Shown one piece after another: positions 47,853-57,742 of a stretch of DNA of 64,000 nucleotides (positions within the stretch are counted from its first letter, which is position 1; the number at the start of each line of letters is the position of its first letter). The stretch covers positions 1 through 64,000 of the IMG/VR virus record IMGVR_UViG_2912723979_000001; one strand, written 5' to 3'. Under the pieces are notes generated by a model. That model had not been told where the DNA came from. It was given only the letters and a program-made list of their open reading frames with translations, and ran no database searches. The stretch comes from a virus. Taxonomy: Duplodnaviria; Caudoviricetes. The position numbers were made by a program, and so were the translations under genes.

Positions 47853-48319
47853 CCGCCCAGGGCGAGGATGTCCTCGCCTGGCTGGAGCAGGCCATCAACG
47901 AGCGGGAAGAGACGGCGCGTCGAGCCTCACACCAGAAGCTGTGGCGCACGCATGACACCCATCTGGACCTTGGTGGCCACACGGCCACTGTCCTGACCGG
48001 TGAACGCAACGACACCGAGCTGCTGGCATGGGTCCCGACGATGAGCCACCAGCCCTGGGACGAGTCACGCAATGCCTGGAACAACGCTGAGCACATCGCG
48101 CTGAACGACCCCGCGTCGGTTCTGTGTCGCTGCGCCGCTGACCGGAAGATCCTTGATCTGCATAGCCGGATCGAAGACGGTACTCAGCTCAGTGTCGACT
48201 TCCCGCAGTGCAAAACCTGCTGCGAGGAAGGCGGGTACGAGCGTGAGGCCGAGACCTTCCCCTGCCTCACGCTCCGGCTTCTCGCTGAGGGCTACGGCTG
48301 GACGGGAGGCGAGCGATGA
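47849..48319 (+). CDS. DUF6221-like protein
   Basis: WL...I, AEHIALNDPASVL.RC.ADRKIL, PC.TLRLLA motifs. Confidence 0.7.
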   Translation: MTAQGEDVLAWLEQAINEREETARRASHQKLWRTHDTHLDLGGHTATVLTGERNDTELLAWVPTMSHQPWDESRNAWNNAEHIALNDPASVLCRCAADRKILDLHSRIEDGTQLSVDFPQCKTCCEEGGYEREAETFPCLTLRLLAEGYGWTGGER

Positions 48320-48627
48320 GCGCCCGCACCTGGCTGGCCAAGGTCACCAGTTTCGCGTTCCCGCGCACCTTTTCCACCGGCCCGCTCCCGAAGACGGACG
48401 ACATCGACGTCCTGCTGAAGGCCGGACGCCGTCACCATCACGTGTGCTTCACCGTTCAGATCACTGACGGAACCAAGCATGCCGTCGGTCGCGAGGTGGA
48501 GGTACAAATCCAGGCCGACGAGGCGATCAAACTGGGCCAGCAAATGGTCCGTGTCGCCACCACACTTCTCCCCGCACCCCGCGAGGGAGAACAGACCCCA
48601 CCCACTGAGGGAGATCAAGTGACGTAG
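48316..48627 (+). CDS. Hypothetical protein
   Basis: ATGA-coupled ORF. Confidence 0.6.
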   Translation: MSARTWLAKVTSFAFPRTFSTGPLPKTDDIDVLLKAGRRHHHVCFTVQITDGTKHAVGREVEVQIQADEAIKLGQQMVRVATTLLPAPREGEQTPPTEGDQVT

Positions 48628-48854
48628 CGATTGCTGGGCGGGAGATTCCTCGACCGCCCTGGCCGCTTTCCCGGTCTGGTGCGCCAACACCTTCCGGGCC
48701 TTGCGGCCCCGTACCACGGCTCAGCACGCCAATGCCGAGCTAAGGCCCACCGGGCGCCAACCCGAGTGAGCGAACTTCCTGGTTCTGCCCGAACCACTCC
48801 GGTCACCGAGGGGCTTTCGCATGCCCTCTCACTTATCCGAAGACGAGGTCCATA

Positions 48855-50186
48855 GTGCCGTACGCGCACCCTTCTTGTCAGCTTGGCGATCCCGCCACGG
48901 GCGATTCGCGGCTTATCTCCCCCCGCACGGGCGACACCCCGTGCCCCCACACGTCACACGACACGCACACCCCCACCACCAGAATCGAACAGCCGATCGA
49001 TTACAGTGCAGACCAGGCAGCTCTCGTCCGCGGCACCTGCCAGGAGGTGTCCCACACTAAGTCGCGACGGAGCGGCCCGCGTCGGTGGCGTCGCGCGGTC
49101 CGGTGGCTGATCGCAGCCGGCCTCCACACCCGTGCGAACGCCACCACGCTCACCGTCGCCGACGACCTCGCTGACCGCATGGACTACGACACCGGGCACG
49201 TTCGCTACTGCCTGGACGAGATGGTCGCCCGCCTCGGCATCTCCCGGGCCTCCGTGAAGCGGCACATCGGGTACCTCCGCGAACTCGGCGCGCTCGCCTG
49301 GGTCCAGCACGGCACCCGGACGAACATCCGCCGCGCGATGGGGCTCAAGGGCTACGCCGCCACCGCCACCGTGTACGCCGCCGTCATCCCCCCCGTGTAC
49401 GACCACGCCATGGGCCACCGCATCGTCGGCACCGGCTACACGGCCCGGATCATCATCGACCAGCGCGGCCAAGCCCCGGCCCAAAACCGGGTTTTGAACC
49501 ACGTCCCGCGGCAGTCCAACCCTGTGGATAACCCGCCTGTGGAAAACCCCGCTCCGGAGGGCCTTGAGCCCCCTTCCCTTACCTGGGTAGAGGAAGAGGG
49601 AAAGCTGAAGGTAGTGGGGGGTAGTAACTACACCTCGCACGCTCGGCCGCCGAAACCGCGGATCCCCCACCAGAGCAGCTACATCAACGGCCGGCCCCGG
49701 ACCGCACTCGACGTCCAGAAGGCCAGCAAGACGACCCGGCTGGTGCGTGCCCTCGTGCCCTGGGTCCAGTCGGTGCCGCTGCGGCCCTTGGAGTTCGTGC
49801 TCCGCCCGTGGACCGACCGCGGCCTGGACGCCTACCAGATCGCTGCCGACCTCAACGGCATGTGCTCCGGGATGCGCTGGCGGCCGAAGAACCCGATCGC
49901 GTTCCTCCGCGCCCGCCTCAACGCCGAAGCCGAGCAGCGGCAGGAGACGCAGGCCGCGCAGGAAGCCGCCGCCCGCTGGGAGCAGGAGCACTGCGCCGAG
50001 GGCGCCTTCCAGGGCAGCTACAGCACCCGCATCGACATCCTCGCCGCGAACCGGCAGGGCCTGGACCGCCTCGTCGCCACCAGCCGTGCCCGCGGCTGGG
50101 ACGACCTGTCCGGCGCCAACGACGACACCGCCACCTGGGATGCCGAAGCGGACATCCTCGCCTTCCTCAACGGGAGCCCCTCATGA
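48855..50186 (+). CDS. Plasmid-type replication initiator with wHTH (start uncertain)
   Basis: MVARLGISRASVKRHIGYLRELGALAW wHTH; directly upstream of dciA and par; DnaA boxes inside. Confidence 0.65.
   Translation: MPYAHPSCQLGDPATGDSRLISPRTGDTPCPHTSHDTHTPTTRIEQPIDYSADQAALVRGTCQEVSHTKSRRSGPRRWRRAVRWLIAAGLHTRANATTLTVADDLADRMDYDTGHVRYCLDEMVARLGISRASVKRHIGYLRELGALAWVQHGTRTNIRRAMGLKGYAATATVYAAVIPPVYDHAMGHRIVGTGYTARIIIDQRGQAPAQNRVLNHVPRQSNPVDNPPVENPAPEGLEPPSLTWVEEEGKLKVVGGSNYTSHARPPKPRIPHQSSYINGRPRTALDVQKASKTTRLVRALVPWVQSVPLRPLEFVLRPWTDRGLDAYQIAADLNGMCSGMRWRPKNPIAFLRARLNAEAEQRQETQAAQEAAARWEQEHCAEGAFQGSYSTRIDILAANRQGLDRLVATSRARGWDDLSGANDDTATWDAEADILAFLNGSPS
49523..49546. promoter_or_regulatory. Two DnaA-box-like sites within rep (candidate origin)
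   Basis: TGTGGATAA (=TTATCCACA, consensus) at 49523-49531 and TGTGGAAAA at 49538-49546, in a locally AT-richer patch. Confidence 0.6.
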
Positions 50187-50980
50187 CCACTCCGCAGCCT
50201 TCCGGTGTCGACCTCGCCCGCACCGCCCTCGCAGCCGCCCGCGCGGCTGCGAAAACCCGCCCCACCCAGTCGCCGAAGAAAACCACCCGCAGTCGGCGAG
50301 AAGCCCGCCGCGGCGGCCGCGACCCCATGGCCCTCGGCACCGCCATCACCAGCCTCATGGCCGACCGCGGCTGGACCGCCCCCGAGGCCGGCGGCAGCAT
50401 CCTCGACCAGTGGCCCACCATCGCCCCCGAACTCGCCAGCAAAGTTGCTGCGGTCCGGTTCGAGCACGACACCGGCACCCTCCACCTCCAGCCGGCGTCG
50501 GCTGCGTACGCCACCCAGCTTCGCTTGTTCCAGATGCAGATCCTGCGCCGCATCCACGAGAAGACCGGCGACCGCTCGGTCCACAGACTGCGCATCCTGC
50601 CGCCCGGAGCAGGGACAGCGCACAGCAGCAGCCTGGCCGAGGAGCCACCCTCGGCAGCGGTGGAGGCGCCGGTGAAGACCCGGCAGACTGCCTCGGCCGG
50701 CTACCGGCAGGCACTCGCTGCAGCCCTTGAGCACCGGCGCCCCCACCAGCCCACCGACCCGTACACCCTCAAGGCCATGGCCCGGCAGGAAGCCGCGCTC
50801 CGTGCCGGACGGCAGGCCGAGGAGGAACACGTGGAGGGGCAGTGGGCGCAGGACGATGCCGAGCGGAAGGCGGGCCCGCGGCCGGGCAGCATCGAGGCCT
50901 CCATCGCCGCGGCCCGCGCCTTCAAGCGCCGGGAAGCCGCAGGGCTTATTCAGCCGCGGCGCGCGTTCGACGTCGCGTGA
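50183..50980 (+). CDS. dciA: DciA (DUF721) replicative helicase loader homologue with C-terminal extension
   Basis: SGVDLAR.AL.AAR, GRDPMALG.AI..L..DRGW, QWP.I, S.AYATQLRL as in actinobacterial DciA. Confidence 0.85.
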   Translation: MTTPQPSGVDLARTALAAARAAAKTRPTQSPKKTTRSRREARRGGRDPMALGTAITSLMADRGWTAPEAGGSILDQWPTIAPELASKVAAVRFEHDTGTLHLQPASAAYATQLRLFQMQILRRIHEKTGDRSVHRLRILPPGAGTAHSSSLAEEPPSAAVEAPVKTRQTASAGYRQALAAALEHRRPHQPTDPYTLKAMARQEAALRAGRQAEEEHVEGQWAQDDAERKAGPRPGSIEASIAAARAFKRREAAGLIQPRRAFDVA

Positions 50981-51048
50981 GCGGAGGGAACACCGCGGCG
51001 GATGTGGTGCACCGTGGACGCGGTCACCGAGCACGAACGGGAGCCGCC

Positions 51049-51228
51049 ATGCAGCCCACCACCTCCAGCACATACCCCGACGCCTGGCACGCGGCCGAAG
51101 CCGCGCAGGAGACCGCCTGGCTGAACGACTGGGTGCGCGGCCGTATCTGCCCCGCCACGCTCACTGCCCGACCTGACCGCACGCCGGCCGACGCCGTGCC
51201 CGCCCTCACCTCTGCCGGGAGCTACTGA
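51049..51228 (+). CDS. Small hypothetical protein (59 aa)
   Basis: GGGAG RBS; TGATG coupling to next ORF. Confidence 0.45.
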   Translation: MQPTTSSTYPDAWHAAEAAQETAWLNDWVRGRICPATLTARPDRTPADAVPALTSAGSY

Positions 51229-51374
51229 TGACCGCAACCGCCACCGCCATGCCGCCGGGGCAGCGCATCGTCTACCCGCGGCCGCCGGTCACGGTCCTCC
51301 GCAGCGAGTTGTTCGTGGAGCCGGCCTACGAGGGCGGCGAGCCGTACGACCAGGACGATGAGGATGAGGAGTAG
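51228..51374 (+). CDS. Small acidic protein (48 aa)
   Basis: Translated by hand; ends DQDDEDEE. Confidence 0.45.
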   Translation: MTATATAMPPGQRIVYPRPPVTVLRSELFVEPAYEGGEPYDQDDEDEE

Positions 51375-51442
51375 GTGGTGACCATTGGTCACCACCTTAG
51401 GGTCAGATAGACGACAAGGTGGTGACCATTGGTCACCACCTT
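51373..51442. repeat. Two copies of a 25-27 bp palindrome AGGTGGTGACCA-T-TGGTCACCACCT (parS candidate)
   Basis: Copies at 51373-51397 and 51416-51442, 44-bp period, just downstream of the par operon. Confidence 0.75.
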
Positions 51443-51468
51443 TGAGACGCCGGTTCGGGCAGACCCGG

Positions 51469-52422
51469 CTAGCTGGCGTTGCCCTCCAGCTCTTCCAGAA
51501 GTTCGCGCACCGCACTCTCCAGCTCCGCGGCCTCCCTGCGCGCCTGCTCCAAATCGTTCTGCGCGAGGGACCGGATACGCTCCACCGCCTTCAGTGACTC
51601 GCTCGGCGGAGCCGTCACCTCCTTCGGCTTCGCGGGTTTGCTGACCTCTAGCACCGACTCCAGCACCTTCGGCGGCGCGAACCCGAGGAACGTTGCCGCC
51701 TCCTTCAACGCCGTGTCGGTGACGTTCCCGTGCCGAGCGGCCTCCTGCCAGGTCTGCCGCACCGCGTCCACGCCATGGGTGTCGAGGATCGGCACCAGCA
51801 CACGCAGCGGCCGCTCCTTTAGCTCCTGCGTCGTGATGTCCTCGAGGGCCTGGGCGACACCGAGAACTCGGATGATGTTGTTTGCCTGGTGCTTCTTGAT
51901 CCCGAAGCGGGCATCGGTCAGTTCACCGAAGGTGTCGAAGCCGGCCGTCTTATGCAGCTCCTCGTCCTTCAGAGCTTGCAGTCGCAGACCCAGCCCGATC
52001 AGCTTCTGCTGCTCGGCACGCTCATGGTTGGCGCGGGCCGCATACTGCACGGCAAGGATCCCGCGGGAGTAGAACTCCAGGCGCTCCTGCGGGTCACTGC
52101 TCTCCGGCTTGGTGAACTCCGGCATGGGCAGATACCCGGAAGCAGTTGCCCGGGCAGGTGCGGCAGGACGAGCCGCGGTCCCTGCAGCCGCTGCCGGCTC
52201 TGAGCCGAGCTGTGCGCCTTCTGCCGGCTCTGCGGCAGCAGGTGCCGGAACGAGGGGAACGGGCGCGGCTGCGGGTGTGGGTGGTTGGGCCTGCGCCTGA
52301 CGGCGTTGCGCTTGTTCCTCCTCCCACCTCCGCATCTGCTCCTCACGGTCACCGGTGGACGAGGTAACCGCTCCGCCGACAACTGGTACGACAGGGGCGT
52401 CCTTCGGTTTGTACTTGCTCAC
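51469..52422 (-). CDS. ParA partner / putative centromere-binding protein, non-canonical
   Basis: Coupled to parA; disordered N-terminus, HTH-like FGELTDARFGIKKHQANNII; no ParB GxxR box seen. Confidence 0.6.
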   Translation of the reverse strand: MSKYKPKDAPVVPVVGGAVTSSTGDREEQMRRWEEEQAQRRQAQAQPPTPAAAPVPLVPAPAAAEPAEGAQLGSEPAAAAGTAARPAAPARATASGYLPMPEFTKPESSDPQERLEFYSRGILAVQYAARANHERAEQQKLIGLGLRLQALKDEELHKTAGFDTFGELTDARFGIKKHQANNIIRVLGVAQALEDITTQELKERPLRVLVPILDTHGVDAVRQTWQEAARHGNVTDTALKEAATFLGFAPPKVLESVLEVSKPAKPKEVTAPPSESLKAVERIRSLAQNDLEQARREAAELESAVRELLEELEGNAS

Positions 52423-53573
52423 GCCGTCAGCTCCTTCGCCAACGCCCGCATCACTTCGGCGTGCTGGGAGTCCGGCGCGTAGTCCAGCAGCGGCACCTCA
52501 TAGTCGGACGCTTCACGGCCCTCGACTGCATCCTTCAGCGTGGCGAGCGTGCCCGGCGTGGTTAGTTCCTGCCAGCCCTCGTAGAAGGCCCTCATCACGG
52601 TGCCCTTGCGGGAGTCGTAGGCGTTGACGACGAAGCCAAGCTGGTCGACGACCGCGCCCGTGCGCTTCTCGACGGTGTCGATCTGCCGGGACAGCAGCCC
52701 GTACGCCTTGAAGCTGGACTTGTCCGACCACACCGGGATCAGGATCCCGGATCGCTCGATCAGCTCGCCCGGCCGGCGCTGCACGTAGTGGATGGCGAGG
52801 TCCATGGCGAGACCCAGGTTCGGCGGGCCGTCCAGGACGATGACGTCGTAGTCCTGCTCGATCGGGGCGAGCGCGTTGATGAGGGCGCGGTCACGGCCGA
52901 TCTGCATCACGGCCAGGTCGGCATCCATGAGGAAGGCGTCCTCGTCCGCGGGCAGCACGTGGAGGCGTCCGCCGAACCGGTCGTGAGGGAGTGCGACGAG
53001 GGAGCGGGCGATGTGCTTCTCGGCCTTGCCCGTCATGTGCCGCAGCAGGGACTCGCCGCCCTCGGGGATGCCCTCGATCTGCAGCCGGGACGACAGGTGG
53101 CCCTGGGGGTCGTAGTCGACCAGGAGGACGCGCTTGCCGGCCTCTGCGCACGCCTGGGCGATGCCGGAGGAGACAAACGTCTTGCCGACGCCGCCCTTCT
53201 GGTTGCCGACCAGGATGCGCTGGACGGGCTGCTCGGTGAGCCGTTGGTCCGGGGACGGGTAGGCGTCCAGCCATACCTTGATGGCCTGGGCCATGCCCTG
53301 GACCTTGGTGATGTGCCGTTCCTCGCAGGCGTCGATGAACCGTCCGGGCAGACCGACGGGCAGGAAGACGCCCCACGACTTGGCGCCCTGGACGTCCGCT
53401 TCAGGGGCATTGGGTGTGTCGAGCCAGAGGCTGATGGCCGATGCTGCGGCGTCCTGCATGTTCAGGCCGTGCTCGGCGGCCCGGATGCGGAGGTCGCGCC
53501 GGAGGTCTGGCGCCAGATTGACGAGCAATTTTTCGCGTGATGCATCCGCGCTGGGGTGGGTCATGGCGAGCAA
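52419..53573 (-). CDS. parA: ParA ATPase with two N-terminal RHH-like repeats
   Basis: Deviant Walker A NQKGGVGKT, LLVDYDPQG, IVLDGPP; N-terminal LLVNL.PDLRRDLR and WGVFLP.GL repeats. Confidence 0.9.
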   Translation of the reverse strand: MLAMTHPSADASREKLLVNLAPDLRRDLRIRAAEHGLNMQDAAASAISLWLDTPNAPEADVQGAKSWGVFLPVGLPGRFIDACEERHITKVQGMAQAIKVWLDAYPSPDQRLTEQPVQRILVGNQKGGVGKTFVSSGIAQACAEAGKRVLLVDYDPQGHLSSRLQIEGIPEGGESLLRHMTGKAEKHIARSLVALPHDRFGGRLHVLPADEDAFLMDADLAVMQIGRDRALINALAPIEQDYDVIVLDGPPNLGLAMDLAIHYVQRRPGELIERSGILIPVWSDKSSFKAYGLLSRQIDTVEKRTGAVVDQLGFVVNAYDSRKGTVMRAFYEGWQELTTPGTLATLKDAVEGREASDYEVPLLDYAPDSQHAEVMRALAKELTA

Positions 53574-54298
53574 ATTACCAGTCGCCTGGTGGAGGTTCGT
53601 GCACTGGTGCCGTGTTCAGGGAGAGGCCCACCCGAACGGCGCAGCTCGCCAGGGGAGTTGACGTCATGCCGTATTTGCCGTGGCTGCCGGGGTCTTCTGG
53701 TCACCCGTTCGAGTGGTCGCGGCCCGCGCGACTTCCCCTGGGCTGCGCTTGCCTGTTGGGGTGAAGGAGCCGCACCCGCCAGGGTGGCCGGCCGCCCGGC
53801 CGAGGACTGCCAGGGGGCACCCGGGCCGACAGCCGAGGTGCCCCTCCTCGGTCCCGGGTGGCCACTCAGCGACTCTCCGCCCGCGGCGGCAGCGACTTCC
53901 CTCAAGGGGCTATACCGCTGCGGAGTACCGCGCTTACACTGCCGTCACCAGACGGGTGCGCCAGGAGCGCATCTTGAGGTCTCACAGCCCCTGCAGCCCA
54001 GACGATGTTGTCGGCACTCCATCTGTCTGGGCCGTAGGGGCTGACCCATATCCGGGCAAACAAGATCAACGTGCTTATCATGCTGATACACACATCAGCA
54101 CCTCAAAATTCGCCACACCCGTTAGGAATCCGGTCACAGGGCGGTGAAAACCACCAGCCGCCCTACGCGACCAAACGAATCGGTGCGAGAGTGGCAGACC
54201 CGAGACGTGGACTGGCAGCTGCGCCGAGGGAAAGGACCTGCGGGCCGACCACCCGCGGGTGATTCGAGGACCCTATCTGCCGGAGGAGCGGAGACTCC

Positions 54299-54712
54299 AT
54301 GTCCGCAGCAGAGCCGGCCACCCCCCACACGCCCAAGCCCGCAGTGAGCGGCGAAGGCGCGGCCGTGATCCCCATCCGTACGCTGCGTGCCCGACGCGGC
54401 ACACCGACCATCCCTCGGGGGCGGAACACCGTGGACGAACCCCCCGCACTAGCCCCTGACCCATCCACCCCGCCTGAGCCGGCGGCTCGGGACGCCGCGC
54501 TGCGGCTCGTCGCCGACGACATGGAGCGCGTGTTCAACCGGAGCGGGCGGACCCTCACCGACGACGAGACCGCCGCGGTGTACGTACTCACCCTCCAGCT
54601 GGTCGAGCACGCGCTGAAGGGCTCAGCCGCCAGCGGGATCATCAGCGAGGAGCAGCGGCAGGAGCTGGCCGTGCTGATAGAGGGCATGAGGGAAGCACCA
54701 CGCCTGACGTGA
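54299..54712 (+). CDS. Hypothetical protein
   Basis: GGAG RBS, clean ORF. Confidence 0.6.
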   Translation: MSAAEPATPHTPKPAVSGEGAAVIPIRTLRARRGTPTIPRGRNTVDEPPALAPDPSTPPEPAARDAALRLVADDMERVFNRSGRTLTDDETAAVYVLTLQLVEHALKGSAASGIISEEQRQELAVLIEGMREAPRLT

Positions 54713-54938
54713 TGTCCGCATATGCCGGGGGTTCTTGCCGTTTGGTGACGGGCCGCCCGGCTCCCTCTCTGCACGATCTGTTGATCATCTCTTGCAGAGC
54801 GTTCAACTAACGCCTGCCACATGCCATGATGGGGCGTCCGGAATCACCCGGCGTGACACATCCGGTCTCCGGCGCGCGCCCCTGCACCACTGTCCAGGAC
54901 GCCCCGCGCCCGGGGGCCACCGAGGGGACAGGGGACAC

Positions 54939-55493
54939 ATGGCCCACGGGGACACCACGGACGAAGCCGCAGCACGCCTCGGCGAACTCCACCAGTACTT
55001 CCGCGAATACCAGGCCACCGGCCCCCGCGAGGGACACGCCAGCACCGCGTCGGCGAGCGCACCGATGAGCCTGGGCGCCCTCGACCACATCACCGCCTCC
55101 GTCCGCGAGATCGCCGAGCACACCCGGGCCGCCAACCCGGACGCCGGCCCGCTCCCGGAGCGCGTACAGGACTCCTACGCCTGGATGCACGAGAACCTGG
55201 CAGGCGCCGACGAGGCCGACCAACTGCGGGCCGCCGCCCTCGAGTACCGGCACTTCCTCGAGCACTGCCTGGAGCAGAACGACACCGAGACCGTCCGCAA
55301 GACGGTCCGTCAGCAGTCCTGCCCCAAGTGCGGATGCTGGGGCCTGATGTGGGTACCTGAGACGCGGCGTGCCTGGTGCACCAACACCGAGTGCGTCGAC
55401 AAGGACGGTTTTTCGACCAGCCTGTCTCTGGGGAGGCTCGCCCATGCGCGTGCGGTGGCTCAGCAGGAAATCCGTCAGGTCCGTGCAACCTGA
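54939..55493 (+). CDS. Zinc-finger protein (CPKC...CTNTEC)
   Basis: Cys motifs; GGGGA RBS. Confidence 0.7.
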   Translation: MAHGDTTDEAAARLGELHQYFREYQATGPREGHASTASASAPMSLGALDHITASVREIAEHTRAANPDAGPLPERVQDSYAWMHENLAGADEADQLRAAALEYRHFLEHCLEQNDTETVRKTVRQQSCPKCGCWGLMWVPETRRAWCTNTECVDKDGFSTSLSLGRLAHARAVAQQEIRQVRAT

Positions 55494-55598
55494 TGCGCCT
55501 GACGCGTGTCGTATCTAGCAGCACCCACAACTGAACACACTTTCAGCACAAGCGGGCCCGTGCGGTCCGCCCCGTATCGGCCGCCGGAGCTGCGAACG

Positions 55599-55853
55599 AT
55601 GGCCGCCGACCCTCGGGAGGCCGTTATGGCCGTTAGCCTCATCAGCCCCTACGTTGCCGCCGACGAGATCAAGCTCAAGGAAGCGGCCGACCTCCTCGCC
55701 GAGACCGGGCACCCCATCTCGGTGAGCACCCTGGAGCGCCTGTGCCGCCGGCAGGGCGTGCCGATGACGAAGCATGGTCGCGCCAACGCGGCGTCCTGGA
55801 CCGAGCTGCTCAAGCTCCACCGCAACTGGGTCAACTCACGCCCCGGTAGCTGA
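55599..55853 (+). CDS. Small HTH (excisionase/MerR-like) DNA-binding protein
   Basis: IKLKEAADLL...ISVSTLERLCRR. Confidence 0.6.
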   Translation: MAADPREAVMAVSLISPYVAADEIKLKEAADLLAETGHPISVSTLERLCRRQGVPMTKHGRANAASWTELLKLHRNWVNSRPGS

Positions 55854-55935
55854 CCTTCTTGCCGTTGGCCCCACCCCTTAGGAAGCAGGGGGTCCGGGGC
55901 CTTTTTCATGCCTGGATGCAGCTCCACCCGACAAG

Positions 55936-55968
55936 TGCATTGCTAAGCAATGCATAGAGCGGTACGGT
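55936..55968 (+). promoter_or_regulatory. HrdB-type promoter overlapped by palindromic operator, copy 1
   Basis: TGCATTGCT-A-AGCAATGCA; TTGCTA-N17-TACGGT. Confidence 0.75.
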
Positions 55969-56039
55969 AGAACCACTGGGAGGGCAACAACCCCTCCACC
56001 AGGGCCGTTTGCCCACCCACCACCTTCCCTGGAGCCACC

Positions 56040-56399
56040 GTGGCCGTGATGACGCACGCCTTCGCACGCCCCCAGACCGCCAACTACGGCGACCTCACGG
56101 AGGCCCAGCAGGACCGCTTCGACGCCCTGCTCCGACAGGCCGACACCGCTGGCACCGGCCACGCCTACCAAGAAGCCATGGTCGAAGCCGCCCTCGTCGC
56201 CGGCCTGCCCGTTCCGAAGTCGAAGGACATTGCCCGCTGCTCCTGCTACACGGATGCCGGCGGCTGCGGCTGCGACGCCATCTTCGACTCGCACCAGGAC
56301 GGCGTGGTCGTCACCGCGGTCAACGACCCGGGCTTCAACCTCTCGCAGCTCCAGTGCCCGACCTGCGGCCACGACCACCCCCGGCCCATCGCCGACTGA
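56040..56399 (+). CDS. Cys-rich hypothetical protein
   Basis: CSC...CGC...CPTC; GGAG RBS. Confidence 0.7.
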   Translation: MAVMTHAFARPQTANYGDLTEAQQDRFDALLRQADTAGTGHAYQEAMVEAALVAGLPVPKSKDIARCSCYTDAGGCGCDAIFDSHQDGVVVTAVNDPGFNLSQLQCPTCGHDHPRPIAD

Positions 56400-56471
56400 C
56401 CCCGCCACCAGCCCCCGGCCGCGTACCGATACGGCTCTGCGCGGCCGGGTGACCACCCGAGGGAGAACCCC

Positions 56472-56888
56472 ATGAACAGCACCGCCCGGATCCTGCGCAC
56501 TGCGGCCCGCTACATCAGCCAGCACGGCCTCCACACCGGCGAGCAGTTCGCAGAGGGCGCCACCCTCGACATCTGCGCCGCCATCTACATGGCCGCCCAG
56601 GCACCCGGCGCCAGCATCCCGGCCGCCTTCTACACCGACCAGGCCGCATCCATGGACATCCTCGAAGCCAGCGAGGACGCGATGGCCGCGCTGCGCGCCC
56701 TGTCCGCGTCGATCACCAACTACGCGGTGCCCGACACCAACGGGCAGCCCGACGTGATCGAGCACGTCTTCAACTGGACGGCCACGAGGGCCATCAACTG
56801 CGCCAAGCCGCCCACGCTCACGGAGGTCATCGGTCGTATGACCCGTACCGCCGACGACCTCGACCAGACCACCGCCCACGCCGCCTGA
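56472..56888 (+). CDS. DUF6197-like protein
   Basis: ILR.AARYI..HGLH.G, DICAAIY, V..WT motifs. Confidence 0.65.
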   Translation: MNSTARILRTAARYISQHGLHTGEQFAEGATLDICAAIYMAAQAPGASIPAAFYTDQAASMDILEASEDAMAALRALSASITNYAVPDTNGQPDVIEHVFNWTATRAINCAKPPTLTEVIGRMTRTADDLDQTTAHAA

Positions 56889-56900
56889 AAGGCCACCGCC

Positions 56901-57200
56901 ATGACCACCATGACCACCGAGACGATCACGCCCAGCCCCTTCACCAACGACCCCTTCTACGCCCTCGGCGCCGCCGACGCCTACGACGAGTACAACGCGG
57001 GCGAGAACGTCCACGACCTGGTGCGCCGCGCCGACGAGATGCTGGACGTCGCCCCCTCCGGCCGGGTTCCCGCGAACCTCTACGTCTGCGGCTACGCCAA
57101 CACCGTGCGCGGCATCCTCAACGGGCACATCACGCAGATCAACGCCCAGACCGAGGTCGCCCACCAGTGGCTGCAGAACACGCAGGGAAGGGCTGTCTGA
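56901..57200 (+). CDS. Hypothetical protein
   Basis: In operon. Confidence 0.65.
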   Translation: MTTMTTETITPSPFTNDPFYALGAADAYDEYNAGENVHDLVRRADEMLDVAPSGRVPANLYVCGYANTVRGILNGHITQINAQTEVAHQWLQNTQGRAV

Positions 57201-57631
57201 TGCCCGTCACCGTCTTCTCTTCCGTAGGAAGTCGGAAGTACCACTTCGACGAGGGCTGCAAGGCATTCGAGAACGCTCGGATACTCAATGGCCTGGACTG
57301 CGGCTGTGACAGCTACTGCTCCCACCGCGTCCCATTCATGCACGCTCGGACCTGCATGAGCATCACTAAGGCCGCCATGGACGGCAAGCTGCCTTGCCTC
57401 GTCTGCGTTCCGGAGCACCTGCGCGAGGTGCGCACGGCCGACGACTTCGGGCACAAGCCCATTCCGTGGCTGGCTGGGCAGACCGTCTGCGCCCGCTGCA
57501 AGACCCGCAGCCGCCGCTACTCACTCGACGAGTGGGGCAACGACCACAGCCACGGTCCGTACCTCGACCCTGTTCTCTGGCCGTGCACCAGCGCGATCGT
57601 CCTCGGCCTCGTACCACGGAACACCGAGTGA
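57200..57631 (+). CDS. Cys-rich hypothetical protein
   Basis: KYHFDEGC, CLVC, CARC, WPC motifs. Confidence 0.65.
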   Translation: MPVTVFSSVGSRKYHFDEGCKAFENARILNGLDCGCDSYCSHRVPFMHARTCMSITKAAMDGKLPCLVCVPEHLREVRTADDFGHKPIPWLAGQTVCARCKTRSRRYSLDEWGNDHSHGPYLDPVLWPCTSAIVLGLVPRNTE

Positions 57632-57742
57632 CCTGGCCGGACGGCCTCGCCATCACCCTCGGCGTCACCACCATCGCCCTCCTCACTCACCCCCACAGCA
57701 GACGGAGCACCACCAAGACCCTCCCCAGGACGGAGGCCGACC

